Below are positions 53,501 to 60,106 of a stretch of 64,000 nt of DNA, piece after piece (within the stretch, counting starts at the first letter, position 1; every line of letters begins with the position of its first letter). Source of the stretch: Saprospiraceae bacterium. Its GTDB lineage: Bacteria > Bacteroidota > Bacteroidia > Chitinophagales > Saprospiraceae. The DNA lies in assembly GCA_044226205.1 (NCBI GenBank), contig JBGAHL010000016.1, positions 8,208 through 72,207 of the forward strand. Reading direction: 5' to 3'. Both the position numbers and the translations under genes were made by a program. The notes under the pieces were generated by a model, which searched no databases, was not told the DNA's origin, and saw only the letters and a list, made by a program, of their open reading frames with translations.

Positions 53501-56500
53501 ATAATGTTATCCATCCTTGCCCATCTCAGCATAATGGGTCAATTAATTTGACGATAACAGGAGGGTACCCGCCTTTGAAATTTAAATGGGAGGATATTAT
53601 TAATGATACGGATAATAGGACTATGTTGGGCGATGGGACATATACGGTTACTGTTACGGATTATTGCGGAAGTTCTATTTCTAAAACATTTATTTTGAAG
53701 TCACTTGAACAGCCGATGTTAGTTTCCCATCCTGGTTGCGAAGGCGAAGGTTCAATTGAATGTAATACTGTTCATGGTGGCAATTCGCCAGTTACCCTCA
53801 AATGGAGTACAGGTAGTACAAATTATGGGACAGCCGGGACCATAAATTACCTTCATTCAGGGAATTATTGTGTAACTGCAACTGAATCAGAAGGTTGCAC
53901 AAGCGTGAATTGCATAACTTTGAATAATATATGGTACACAATTTCAAAAGAAGAGCCATGTCCTGGATCTCATAATGGGTTAATCACTATTCATGTAAAT
54001 AACCCCAATGAGGGTGAGGTTAGCGCATCATTGGAAGGTGTTCAAGTTTTTTTCAATGCTCATGCTCCACAAAATTTCGATATCGAAGTTCCTTCTTTGG
54101 AAGGGGACAAAAATTACAATTTTGTCTTTTCGATAGACAATTGTATATATTCGGAGATAGTCCATCTTGCTAACTCACCGCTGGAAAAAGAATTTCTGGA
54201 ATACAATGGCGCGAACCATACATGTATATACCAAAACACCTGTAATGGAGAACCTATTCCTGGTAGTATAGTTGTTAATGATGCCGCATATAATTATTCT
54301 ATGGCAAGTGGAGGTTTCTTTGTAGGGTGTGAAATACCCGTTTCTTGTGACGGGGTACAACAGGATGTGTTGCATATCGATAAGATAACAATTCGTGCGG
54401 CTCAATATGAGCAAATACTTCTCCATGTCGCGCCACAGTATTTTAGTATAGACGTGGTTGAGTCACTACTTCAAGCATTTTATAACCAACATTTTTGCGA
54501 TTGCACATGGGTGAGATATTGCCCTGCAAATTTGGAAATAACATCTGTTATAGAAGGTCTTCCAGGGAGATGTGGCAATGCAACTCCTATTGAAGGCGAG
54601 TATGGTTGCTTTTCGTTGCATTGTGGTATTTTTGGTATAAATGATGAAAGTTTTTGTTTAGGGCAATATAGTGAAGGCTATCCAGTGAATATAATACCAT
54701 CCGTATTTGAAAATTATAATTATGAAACAACAGTTGAGGACTGCAACCCTGTAACGATTAATTTATATCAGTTAATCGTTTGGGCAAATGATTTAGATGA
54801 ATATTATCAGGATCAGGATTTTCAAAGTTCTCCATTGTACTATTATATAAATAATTACCAATCCGATCCTAGGGCTAAATGCGCAACCATTACATTTTGT
54901 TCGTCTAATTTACAGGTGCTATATTGCGATGTCGAACTTGTGAATTGTGAGGATTATGAGAATATATATCTTGATCCGGCAGATTGTAGCCATTGGGGGG
55001 ATTTATTTGGAGAAGATGATAGTCATTGTGAATATTTTTTATGTGCTGATCCAAATGAAAATAACATGTTAGCAGTTAATCATCTTGTTGCAGGAGATGT
55101 ACCATCTACTAGTTATATCCACGGCCATCTCCAAAAGGTTTGCGATGACTTTCCAGGGCACTTTTTTTCCTCGCCTGATGAAAGCGATGAAAAGCTATAT
55201 CTGGGCTATTCACCAAATGAGAGTTTAATAAACTTTGGAATAACTCGATTTCAAAATGAAATTTATCCAAAGGGGATACTTCGTGTAGGAGAAGTCGGGA
55301 TCTATTTGGACTACGCTCTTACTATGAAGTATGATCGAAAAGAAATAATTCCAAATATTTCTTATTTCGTTGACGATTGGGATAATAATCGCCTGGCTTA
55401 CGTTGAAAATGTACAAAATGGGAAATCCATATTAATGGGTTGCCAAAATAATATTTTAGATTGGAATTATGACCTTCACAGCGATAATTTCTTGTCTGTA
55501 AATTATTTTAATCAAAGAGACAGTTTTTATTTCGTGGGGGGAGAATTTCAAGGGAATCTGATGCATGGCGAGACAGTTATCGCTAGTGGAAATAACAAGT
55601 CTGGCTATCTTATGAAAATAGGTAAAGATGGCTCTACGTTATCTACTGATATATTCAGAATGCAAAACCCAAATCAGGCGTTAATTTTCGAATCTTCTGA
55701 CAATGGGATTCATGTATTAGGGCGAGGTGGGGATCAGCCTTTGTCGATAAATGGAGTGAATCAACTTGTGGCAAACAATAGCATTTTTGATTTGCTTATT
55801 ACAAATCAAGGTTTGGCAAGTGTGTATAGTAGCGTGCCATTTGACCCTACAAAGACAATTGTAAGGTCTGCCTATTCGAGTGATGGGTCATATAAAACCT
55901 TTCTCCTTCGTGATAATAATATTACGGGATCTGAGGCTAATAGCAATTTGACTATTTATACAGAGTCAACAAATGGAAATTATTGGACTGAAACAATAGA
56001 TGGTAATATAACAAACGATGACGTTAGCGTTGTGTGTTCTACTGATAGCTCTATAATTGTAGGGGTGTCTTTTCAAGGCACTTTGTCACTTCAAGATGTA
56101 GAAATTCAAAATTATGGAAGCACGGATATTGCGTTGTTGAAGTTTTCTACTAATGGTGAATTGCTGGGATATTTGAATTATGGAACGCCTGCAAGTGAAA
56201 ATATCTCCCAACTACTTGTTAATGATAGTATTGTGTATTTTGGCGGCGAATATCAATCTACGTTAGATGAACGCGCTATCGGCCGGCATAATTTCAAATC
56301 GCCTCCTAATGGTATGACAGTACCATATCTGTCTTACGTGGAGCTTTCTGATTTTCAATTAGTCAATAATTTTAAACCCAATTTGGAAAGGTCAGATGCC
56401 CCAATTAATTTGTCTCATTTGCAAATACGGCCTAATCCCTTTAATCAAAATTTCGAAATCCTTCTTGATTTAACGGAGGATTCAAATGTTCAAATTTCCA

Positions 56501-56667
56501 TATTTGATCCATTGGGCAGGGTTTTGAAAAATATATCAAGAAATGCTCCACGCGGGATATCTAGTATTTCTGTTAGTGATCTTTCTAGTTTGCCTTCTGG
56601 TACTTATTATCTCAAAGTTATTGTTGGTGGTAATCTGTGTAAAAATATATGTATAATTAAGAAATAG
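50533..56667 (+). CDS. 2044-aa T9SS cargo: M23/LytM-type metallopeptidase domain, unknown region, about 7 SprB repeats, a 20-Cys module, SBBP-like beta-propeller repeats and a T9SS type-A CTD
   Basis: The signal peptide is MKKIFLLLLAFSYFKGVFGQ. M23 motifs are HQGID (aa 74-78; His codon at 50752) and GVHLHIS (aa 214-220; His216 codon at 51178). SprB-type repeats include NGEITLLPEQGIEPYSYHWNTGETT..LPAGTYTCTVTD and DDGSFRV..GGTPPYSYHWEDQDGN..GPGQYCIVATDANGC (aa ~655-1212). The C-terminus is IRPNPFNQNFEILLDL...SGTYYLKVIVGGNLCKNICIIKK. Confidence 0.85.
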   Translation: MKKIFLLLLAFSYFKGVFGQNGMLISLQYKLCSQCPNGDNQSIDYSYDNDASSYITENIESDYDMRVADGTRFHQGIDYLPRNDCRGDAILNVEQGVCTVMYVGGGNSSLKNIVLQNQDGTRAFVYMHCFVNANIGPDGLRSGDFLIKRIDNSTELTIINMNSSPVVAYAKTPNRTVTYKRYVNSTTTSTVQTTNHVDPGAMIAPIGDSGEVPGVHLHISLIESPTLNDPAFRGGRDNNRSVDPWTVLEHPQTNFFQQIRTRKIGNFDASICEHTGPGTDSWGQIVPDYSGDTRNTIEIEVALDGAAPRPNDDSRYANKCMDQEEVVLGIKNLNFNSDFSVATGSDFESKFIINPIGDKIIYPFTMLLPNGTAYGSPTRNGMSPFAYRDYIGFHPHDYYFVSDFYMRISKNDNLLPAPVPHMPPPVSTHTLAQFPWDARYPDGDYQMRPSILEVNSSSWQPMANPVDFKIDNFKPFIVKVGLFVGNVTSSSTPAYYRAWSTDGAPPGSLRLSGLSGKQPSSTSNQPITVYVVASESMSKVRAFINGLTGWVDGTTLPFDSNDPDSWGHQKWEFQFGTYTLDPDICYNIVFEGEDLSGNKLLNLPQPLYCNTGSNLIFTPPHRTGSNSWSNNSIGQGSDWVHKFRLDDCGGIFNLSPSDPCITSEDVQYSLKFSEPQSHTGSIDMDISANTNGASFTWSDESGAVISNSEDISNLPPGVYCIEILKDCCSFNDCLEIGTCALNVTESHTNPSNNEHNGEITLLPEQGIEPYSYHWNTGETTDALFDLPAGTYTCTVTDHVACQAVVSITLINCSPIEVEPHYTNVVQPTSCDSDDGSFRVLSVSTPTGGTPPYSYHWEDQDGNTLSGGPVYSGLGPGQYCIVATDANGCTGTSCLTLQALSDIYVSETIYPACELDYNGSISVFASTSTGGYCDFYWDTDFQNNNDQFSTITGLASGTYCVTVTPADEPNCITTSCYEVPSVWPEPMNLSYNVIHPCPSQHNGSINLTITGGYPPLKFKWEDIINDTDNRTMLGDGTYTVTVTDYCGSSISKTFILKSLEQPMLVSHPGCEGEGSIECNTVHGGNSPVTLKWSTGSTNYGTAGTINYLHSGNYCVTATESEGCTSVNCITLNNIWYTISKEEPCPGSHNGLITIHVNNPNEGEVSASLEGVQVFFNAHAPQNFDIEVPSLEGDKNYNFVFSIDNCIYSEIVHLANSPLEKEFLEYNGANHTCIYQNTCNGEPIPGSIVVNDAAYNYSMASGGFFVGCEIPVSCDGVQQDVLHIDKITIRAAQYEQILLHVAPQYFSIDVVESLLQAFYNQHFCDCTWVRYCPANLEITSVIEGLPGRCGNATPIEGEYGCFSLHCGIFGINDESFCLGQYSEGYPVNIIPSVFENYNYETTVEDCNPVTINLYQLIVWANDLDEYYQDQDFQSSPLYYYINNYQSDPRAKCATITFCSSNLQVLYCDVELVNCEDYENIYLDPADCSHWGDLFGEDDSHCEYFLCADPNENNMLAVNHLVAGDVPSTSYIHGHLQKVCDDFPGHFFSSPDESDEKLYLGYSPNESLINFGITRFQNEIYPKGILRVGEVGIYLDYALTMKYDRKEIIPNISYFVDDWDNNRLAYVENVQNGKSILMGCQNNILDWNYDLHSDNFLSVNYFNQRDSFYFVGGEFQGNLMHGETVIASGNNKSGYLMKIGKDGSTLSTDIFRMQNPNQALIFESSDNGIHVLGRGGDQPLSINGVNQLVANNSIFDLLITNQGLASVYSSVPFDPTKTIVRSAYSSDGSYKTFLLRDNNITGSEANSNLTIYTESTNGNYWTETIDGNITNDDVSVVCSTDSSIIVGVSFQGTLSLQDVEIQNYGSTDIALLKFSTNGELLGYLNYGTPASENISQLLVNDSIVYFGGEYQSTLDERAIGRHNFKSPPNGMTVPYLSYVELSDFQLVNNFKPNLERSDAPINLSHLQIRPNPFNQNFEILLDLTEDSNVQISIFDPLGRVLKNISRNAPRGISSISVSDLSSLPSGTYYLKVIVGGNLCKNICIIKK
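50841..50850 (+). repeat. G10 homopolymer tract inside the M23-coding region
   Basis: The sequence is gtacgt-gggggggggg-aactc, read as V-G-G-G-N (aa 103-107). It sits in an otherwise AT-rich gene. Confidence 0.9.
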
Positions 56668-56694
56668 CAAGATATAGCAGATTGCTTATGAATA

Positions 56695-56745
56695 GGGCCC
56701 GAGAAACGGATGTCTATGTGATATTCGTTTCTTGGGCCCTTTTTT
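56695..56745 (+). terminator. rho-independent terminator after the giant gene
   Basis: A 14-bp stem gggcccgagaaacg/cgtttcttgggccc (one G-U pair) is followed by T6. Confidence 0.7.
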
Positions 56746-56772
56746 ATCTTGCTTAAATAAATATGCATCTCC

Positions 56773-56780
56773 TACATTTG
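56773..56780 (+). promoter_or_regulatory. Bacteroidota -7 box (TAcaTTTG)
   Basis: TACATTTG ends 5 nt before the ATG at 56786. Confidence 0.4.
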
Positions 56781-56785
56781 CCCCC

Positions 56786-57325
56786 ATGCCCACCCTCAGC
56801 ACCCGCCAGCTTGCCCAGCGCCTCGAACGCCTCGAAAAGGAAGATCTGGTACAGGAAATCCTGAAAATTTGCGCGCGTTTCCGCGAAGCCAAGCAGTATT
56901 GCCAGATGGAATACGGCGATGCGCCCCATCAGGAAGCGCTGCTGGCGGCCTTCAAGGACAAAATTGTCAAACATTTTTTTCCCGAACGCCGATCCCGCCG
57001 GCACCGCGCACGGACGAGCCGTCTGCGCAAAATCACCGGCGATTTCAAAAAAATAGCCGTTTTTCCCCACCACCTCGCCGACGTACTGCTGTATTGGCCC
57101 GAACAGGCCGTGATGTATCTCGACCAGCGCGGCTACGTCAAAGACACTTTTTTCCCGCCCACCGTGGCGGCTTTCGAAGAAGCCTGCCAGCTGATTGCCG
57201 ACAACGAACTGCACGATTACTTCCGCGAGCGCATCGAAAACCTCCTGCAATCGGCCGGCGCCCTTCGCGGCCGACAGGATTTTGCCGCGGCGCTCTCTGC
57301 CGCGGTTGCCCGCATCGGGTATTAA
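56786..57325 (+). CDS. conserved hypothetical protein (helical, cytoplasmic)
   Basis: Start taken at MPTLSTRQLAQRLERLEKEDL (Met19). GC is back at the high core level. No motif recognised. Confidence 0.5.
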   Translation: MPTLSTRQLAQRLERLEKEDLVQEILKICARFREAKQYCQMEYGDAPHQEALLAAFKDKIVKHFFPERRSRRHRARTSRLRKITGDFKKIAVFPHHLADVLLYWPEQAVMYLDQRGYVKDTFFPPTVAAFEEACQLIADNELHDYFRERIENLLQSAGALRGRQDFAAALSAAVARIGY

Positions 57326-57386
57326 AAGCAATCAAGCCGGCTTCGAAAAAAAAGACCGCACCTTTTGCCTGACGTCAAAATGCCGC

Positions 57387-57394
57387 TATCTTTG
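57387..57394 (+). promoter_or_regulatory. Bacteroidota -7 box (TAtcTTTG) upstream of tRNA-Val
   Basis: TATCTTTG ends 11 nt before the tRNA 5' end. Confidence 0.45.
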
Positions 57395-57405
57395 CCGCCC
57401 TCATC

Positions 57406-57480
57406 CGGAGCATAGCTCAGTCGGTTTAGAGCGCACGCTTCACACGCGTGAGGTCGTAGGTTCGAATCCTACTGTTCCGA
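57406..57480 (+). tRNA. tRNA-Val: tRNA-Val (anticodon CAC)
   Basis: A manual cloverleaf fits. The acceptor is cggagca/tgttccg (one G-U pair), the D stem gctc/gagc, and the anticodon stem cacgc/gcgtg. The loop ttCACac places U33 before the anticodon. The T arm is gtagg-ttcgaat-cctac and the discriminator is A. No CCA is encoded. Confidence 0.9.
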
Positions 57481-57488
57481 CAAATTTC

Positions 57489-57527
57489 AAGGCTAACATT
57501 CTGACCATCAGAACGTTAGCCTTTTTT
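57489..57527 (+). terminator. rho-independent terminator after tRNA-Val
   Basis: A stem aaggctaacattctga/tcagaacgttagcctt (one mismatch) is followed by T6. Confidence 0.75.
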
Positions 57528-57549
57528 ATTTTCCCTGTTTTTTATCCAT

Positions 57550-57590
57550 AAAAAAATCCCCGCGCGGTATCTGGCGACTCCTGCGCGGGG
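57550..57590 (-). terminator. hairpin terminator (minus strand) after the low-complexity protein gene
   Basis: An 8-bp GC stem ccccgcgc/gcgcgggg is present. The plus-strand A7 run at 57550-57556 becomes the trailing T-run on the minus strand. Confidence 0.55.
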
Positions 57591-57633
57591 AAAACAATTC
57601 CAGAATCAATCCTGGTAAAACCGCTACTCCTTC

Positions 57634-58071
57634 TCAGTTCTTGTTACCGCTGCTTTTGGGGGCAGCGCTGGGGGCCGGCTTGCCGGGGGGCGTTTTGGCC
57701 GTGTTGCTCGAAGAAGAGGCCGGTTTTTTGTGCGTGGTATGGCGTTTTTTCATGCTTTTGCATGTGCCGGACGTCGATTTGGAGCCCGTCGAAGCCGACT
57801 TGGCGGAAGTCGAGGCCGGTTTGGCAGAGGCCGGCGCAGGCTTGGTGGAAGCAGATTGCGGCTTGGCGGTAGCCGAACCCGTGGCCGGATTTTGGGTGGG
57901 GGCTTTGCTTACTGCGGGCGTCTGGACGGCGGAACTGACGCCGGGAGATTTGCTCAGCGAGGATTGCGTCGCAGTTGGGCGCGGTTTCTGGGTATTGTTG
58001 GCGGCGGGCGTTTGGGCATAAACACCGGCGACGAACAAGCTCAGGAAGCAGGCAAAGAGGGTCTTTTTCAT
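57634..58071 (-). CDS. secreted low-complexity Ala/Ser/Pro/Lys/Thr-rich basic protein
   Basis: Start taken at MKKTLFACFLSLFVAGVYAQ (Met25). The rest is compositionally biased (AKPASTSAKSASTGSKSTSG...). Coding status is plausible but not certain. Confidence 0.45.
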   Translation of the reverse strand: MKKTLFACFLSLFVAGVYAQTPAANNTQKPRPTATQSSLSKSPGVSSAVQTPAVSKAPTQNPATGSATAKPQSASTKPAPASAKPASTSAKSASTGSKSTSGTCKSMKKRHTTHKKPASSSSNTAKTPPGKPAPSAAPKSSGNKN

Positions 58072-58173
58072 AGGAATGACATTGAATGTTGAAAAAATGT
58101 TGTTGGACTGCGTCGGCATCCCTGAATCGGATGACTGGTACAAAAGTGCGGTCCGGGCATTCCCCGAGAAAGC

Positions 58174-58201
58174 AAAAACCCCGACAGGCGGGCAGTCGGG
58201 G
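58174..58201 (-). terminator. hairpin terminator (minus strand) after the LytS/LytTR pair
   Basis: A stem ccccgac/gtcgggg has a 9-nt loop. The plus-strand A5 run precedes it, which gives a T-run after the hairpin on the minus strand. Confidence 0.5.
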
Positions 58202-58240
58202 CTTTGAAACAGGCAAAACGGCGCCTGAAATTTCGAGGCG

Positions 58241-58996
58241 CTACATCCGTTCCATCCAGCGCAAAAAATCGCCGGCTTTGGCCTTGCTCACGACAAGCGC
58301 GTCGCGGGTATTCACATTGAGTTTGAGCAGGAGTTTTCGGGCAAAATATTGCTGCACCTCCTGTACTGCCTTGAAATTGACCAAAAACTGGCGGTTGGCC
58401 CGGTAAAACTGATCGGGATCGAGGCTTTGCTCCAGTTCTTCCAGCGTGAAATTCACGACGAAACGCCGCCCGTCGAAAGTGTGCAAAAACGTGACTTCGT
58501 GCTCGATATGAAAATAGGCCACGTCTTCGGCCGCGATGGGCAGAAGCCGGTCGCGCTGACTGACCAGAAAGGTGTTTTTTCGCGCCGCGGGCCGGACGCC
58601 GGCGGGCAGCCGCTCACCCGCGACCCTGTGCTGAAAATAATTCTCCAGCCGCCGCACCTTGTCGAGCGCCCGGGCGATGGCAGACCGGTCGAAGGGCTTG
58701 AGCACGTAGTCGATCCCATTGGTCTGGAACGCCTGAAGCGCATATTCGTCGAAAGCCGTGCAAAACACCACCGGGCACTTTACCTCCACCTCTTCAAACA
58801 CGTCAAAACTGCTTCCATCGGCCAGTTGCACGTCAAAAAACGCCAGATCGGGCGGGGGCTGGGTTTGAAAAAAACGCACAGCCGCCGCTACCGTGTCGAT
58901 CACGGGCAGAAACATGGCTTCCGGCTCCAGTTCAAACAGGGTGGCCTGCAGATCGAGGGCCGTGCGGTATTCGTCTTCAATAATCAGGATTTTCAT
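58241..58996 (-). CDS. LytR/AlgR-family response regulator (receiver plus LytTR DNA-binding domain)
   Basis: Begins MKILIIEDE. An acceptor context (LAFFDVQLADGS) and YVLKPF are present. The C-terminal LytTR-like region is FHIEHEVTFLHTFDGRRFVVNFTLEELE. Confidence 0.88.
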   Translation of the reverse strand: MKILIIEDEYRTALDLQATLFELEPEAMFLPVIDTVAAAVRFFQTQPPPDLAFFDVQLADGSSFDVFEEVEVKCPVVFCTAFDEYALQAFQTNGIDYVLKPFDRSAIARALDKVRRLENYFQHRVAGERLPAGVRPAARKNTFLVSQRDRLLPIAAEDVAYFHIEHEVTFLHTFDGRRFVVNFTLEELEQSLDPDQFYRANRQFLVNFKAVQEVQQYFARKLLLKLNVNTRDALVVSKAKAGDFLRWMERM

Positions 58997-60042
58997 GATC
59001 GAGCCGGTATGATGGGCAAGCGTACGACAAAATACTTGTCCGATTTTTCAATAGAAATTTCCTGCCGGGTGAGCAGATAATAGCGCCGGCTGATGTTGGC
59101 CAGGCCGATGTGCGCGCCCTCGTCGGTCGAGCGCCGGGGCTGCAGATTGTTGCGGACAACCAGTTGCTGCCCTTCTGCAAAAAACTCGATTTGCAGGGGC
59201 GCATCGTGGCTGACGACATTGTGTTTTATGGCGTTTTCAACAAGCATTTGAAGCGTAAACGGGGGGATGGCACTCTGCAACAAGGCGGCGTCGATCCGGC
59301 GTTCGAACCGGATTTTGTCTTCAAACCGCGCTTTTAACATAAATAAATAGTGATCGAGCGCGGTTAGTTCTTCACTCAGCGTGACTTTTTCCCGCCGCTC
59401 TACCGCCAGCAGGCCGCGATACAACTCGGCCAGCCGGACGACGTATTCCTCGGCTTTCCCATCGTGGTTTTTGACGAGGGTTTTCAAAATGTTGAAGGAG
59501 TTGAATAAAAAATGCGGGTTGACCTGCTGTTTGAGCATCTCGAATTGCGCCAGCGCGTTCTCGTGCTCAAGCCGCTCATTTTCCCAGCGGGTTTGATAAA
59601 AACGTTTGACCGTGTCGAGCAAAAAAGCCAGTAAAACCACTGCCCCGGCGACCAGCATGGCCCTGAATTCGTTGGAATATTCCGGGTAGGCATAATCCTC
59701 CAGCGTGGAGTCTATTTGTAAAATTTGAAGGCGTTCATCGAGCCAAACGACCAGAAATCCGGTCAAAATCGTGCTGCAGGCGCGTACCAGCGCCTTTGAA
59801 CTGTACGTGTTGTGTCGCAGAAAAATGCGCTCCAGCGCCGGGAAGGCGCTGAGGTTGTACCACCACATCAGCCCGGTGTACAAAAGCCCGAACAGGGCTT
59901 CGCGCCAGTAGGCCGTGGTGTCGAACCCCTTGCGGAAAATCGCCCCCATGCCGAAAAGCAAGGCGACCAGCAGGGTGCTGCCGGCCGCAATCCGCCAGTA
60001 AAATCGCGGGCTGATCTGCCGCATTTTTTCAAGTCGAGGCAT
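58993..60042 (-). CDS. LytS-type sensor histidine kinase (His_kinase / 2TM-5TM family)
   Basis: Several N-terminal TM helices are followed by QQVNPHFLFNSFNILKTLV and an ATPase region (ENAIKHN). The gene overlaps the response-regulator gene by 4 nt. Confidence 0.85.
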   Translation of the reverse strand: MPRLEKMRQISPRFYWRIAAGSTLLVALLFGMGAIFRKGFDTTAYWREALFGLLYTGLMWWYNLSAFPALERIFLRHNTYSSKALVRACSTILTGFLVVWLDERLQILQIDSTLEDYAYPEYSNEFRAMLVAGAVVLLAFLLDTVKRFYQTRWENERLEHENALAQFEMLKQQVNPHFLFNSFNILKTLVKNHDGKAEEYVVRLAELYRGLLAVERREKVTLSEELTALDHYLFMLKARFEDKIRFERRIDAALLQSAIPPFTLQMLVENAIKHNVVSHDAPLQIEFFAEGQQLVVRNNLQPRRSTDEGAHIGLANISRRYYLLTRQEISIEKSDKYFVVRLPIIPARS

Positions 60043-60106
60043 GGTGCGAAATTAGGGGGATTTTGGCAGGCATGGGCAATTTTGGCCCATGCCTGCCGGC
60101 TGTCGC

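Larger units (their letters stand above)
48770..56700. other. AT-rich compositional island
   Basis: Hand counts of sampled 60-nt lines give about 22-52% G+C, mostly near one third. Flanking core lines give about 60%. Codon usage switches to A/T-ending codons. The gene at 48135..48761 is intermediate. Confidence 0.75.

Noticed and set aside
48985-56676. The 9-bp direct repeat caagatata at 48985-48993 and 56668-56676, which brackets the most AT-rich segment and could be an att or target-site duplication.
   Set aside because: The repeat is too short. A shared 9-mer between two AT-rich boundary regions of a few hundred bp is not improbable by chance. No integrase or terminal inverted repeats accompany it.
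57406-57480. tRNA-Val as the integration site of the AT-rich island.
   Set aside because: A high-GC core-like gene (56786..57325) and its promoter separate the island from the tRNA. I found no partial tRNA duplicate at the other island boundary, and there is no integrase.
57641-58216. Multiple overlapping ORFs around the low-complexity gene: 57641..58021 and 57730..58092 on the plus strand, and 57644..58216 on the minus strand.
   Set aside because: All are by-products of GC-rich repetitive sequence. Only the frame with a canonical signal peptide was retained, and that one only at modest confidence.
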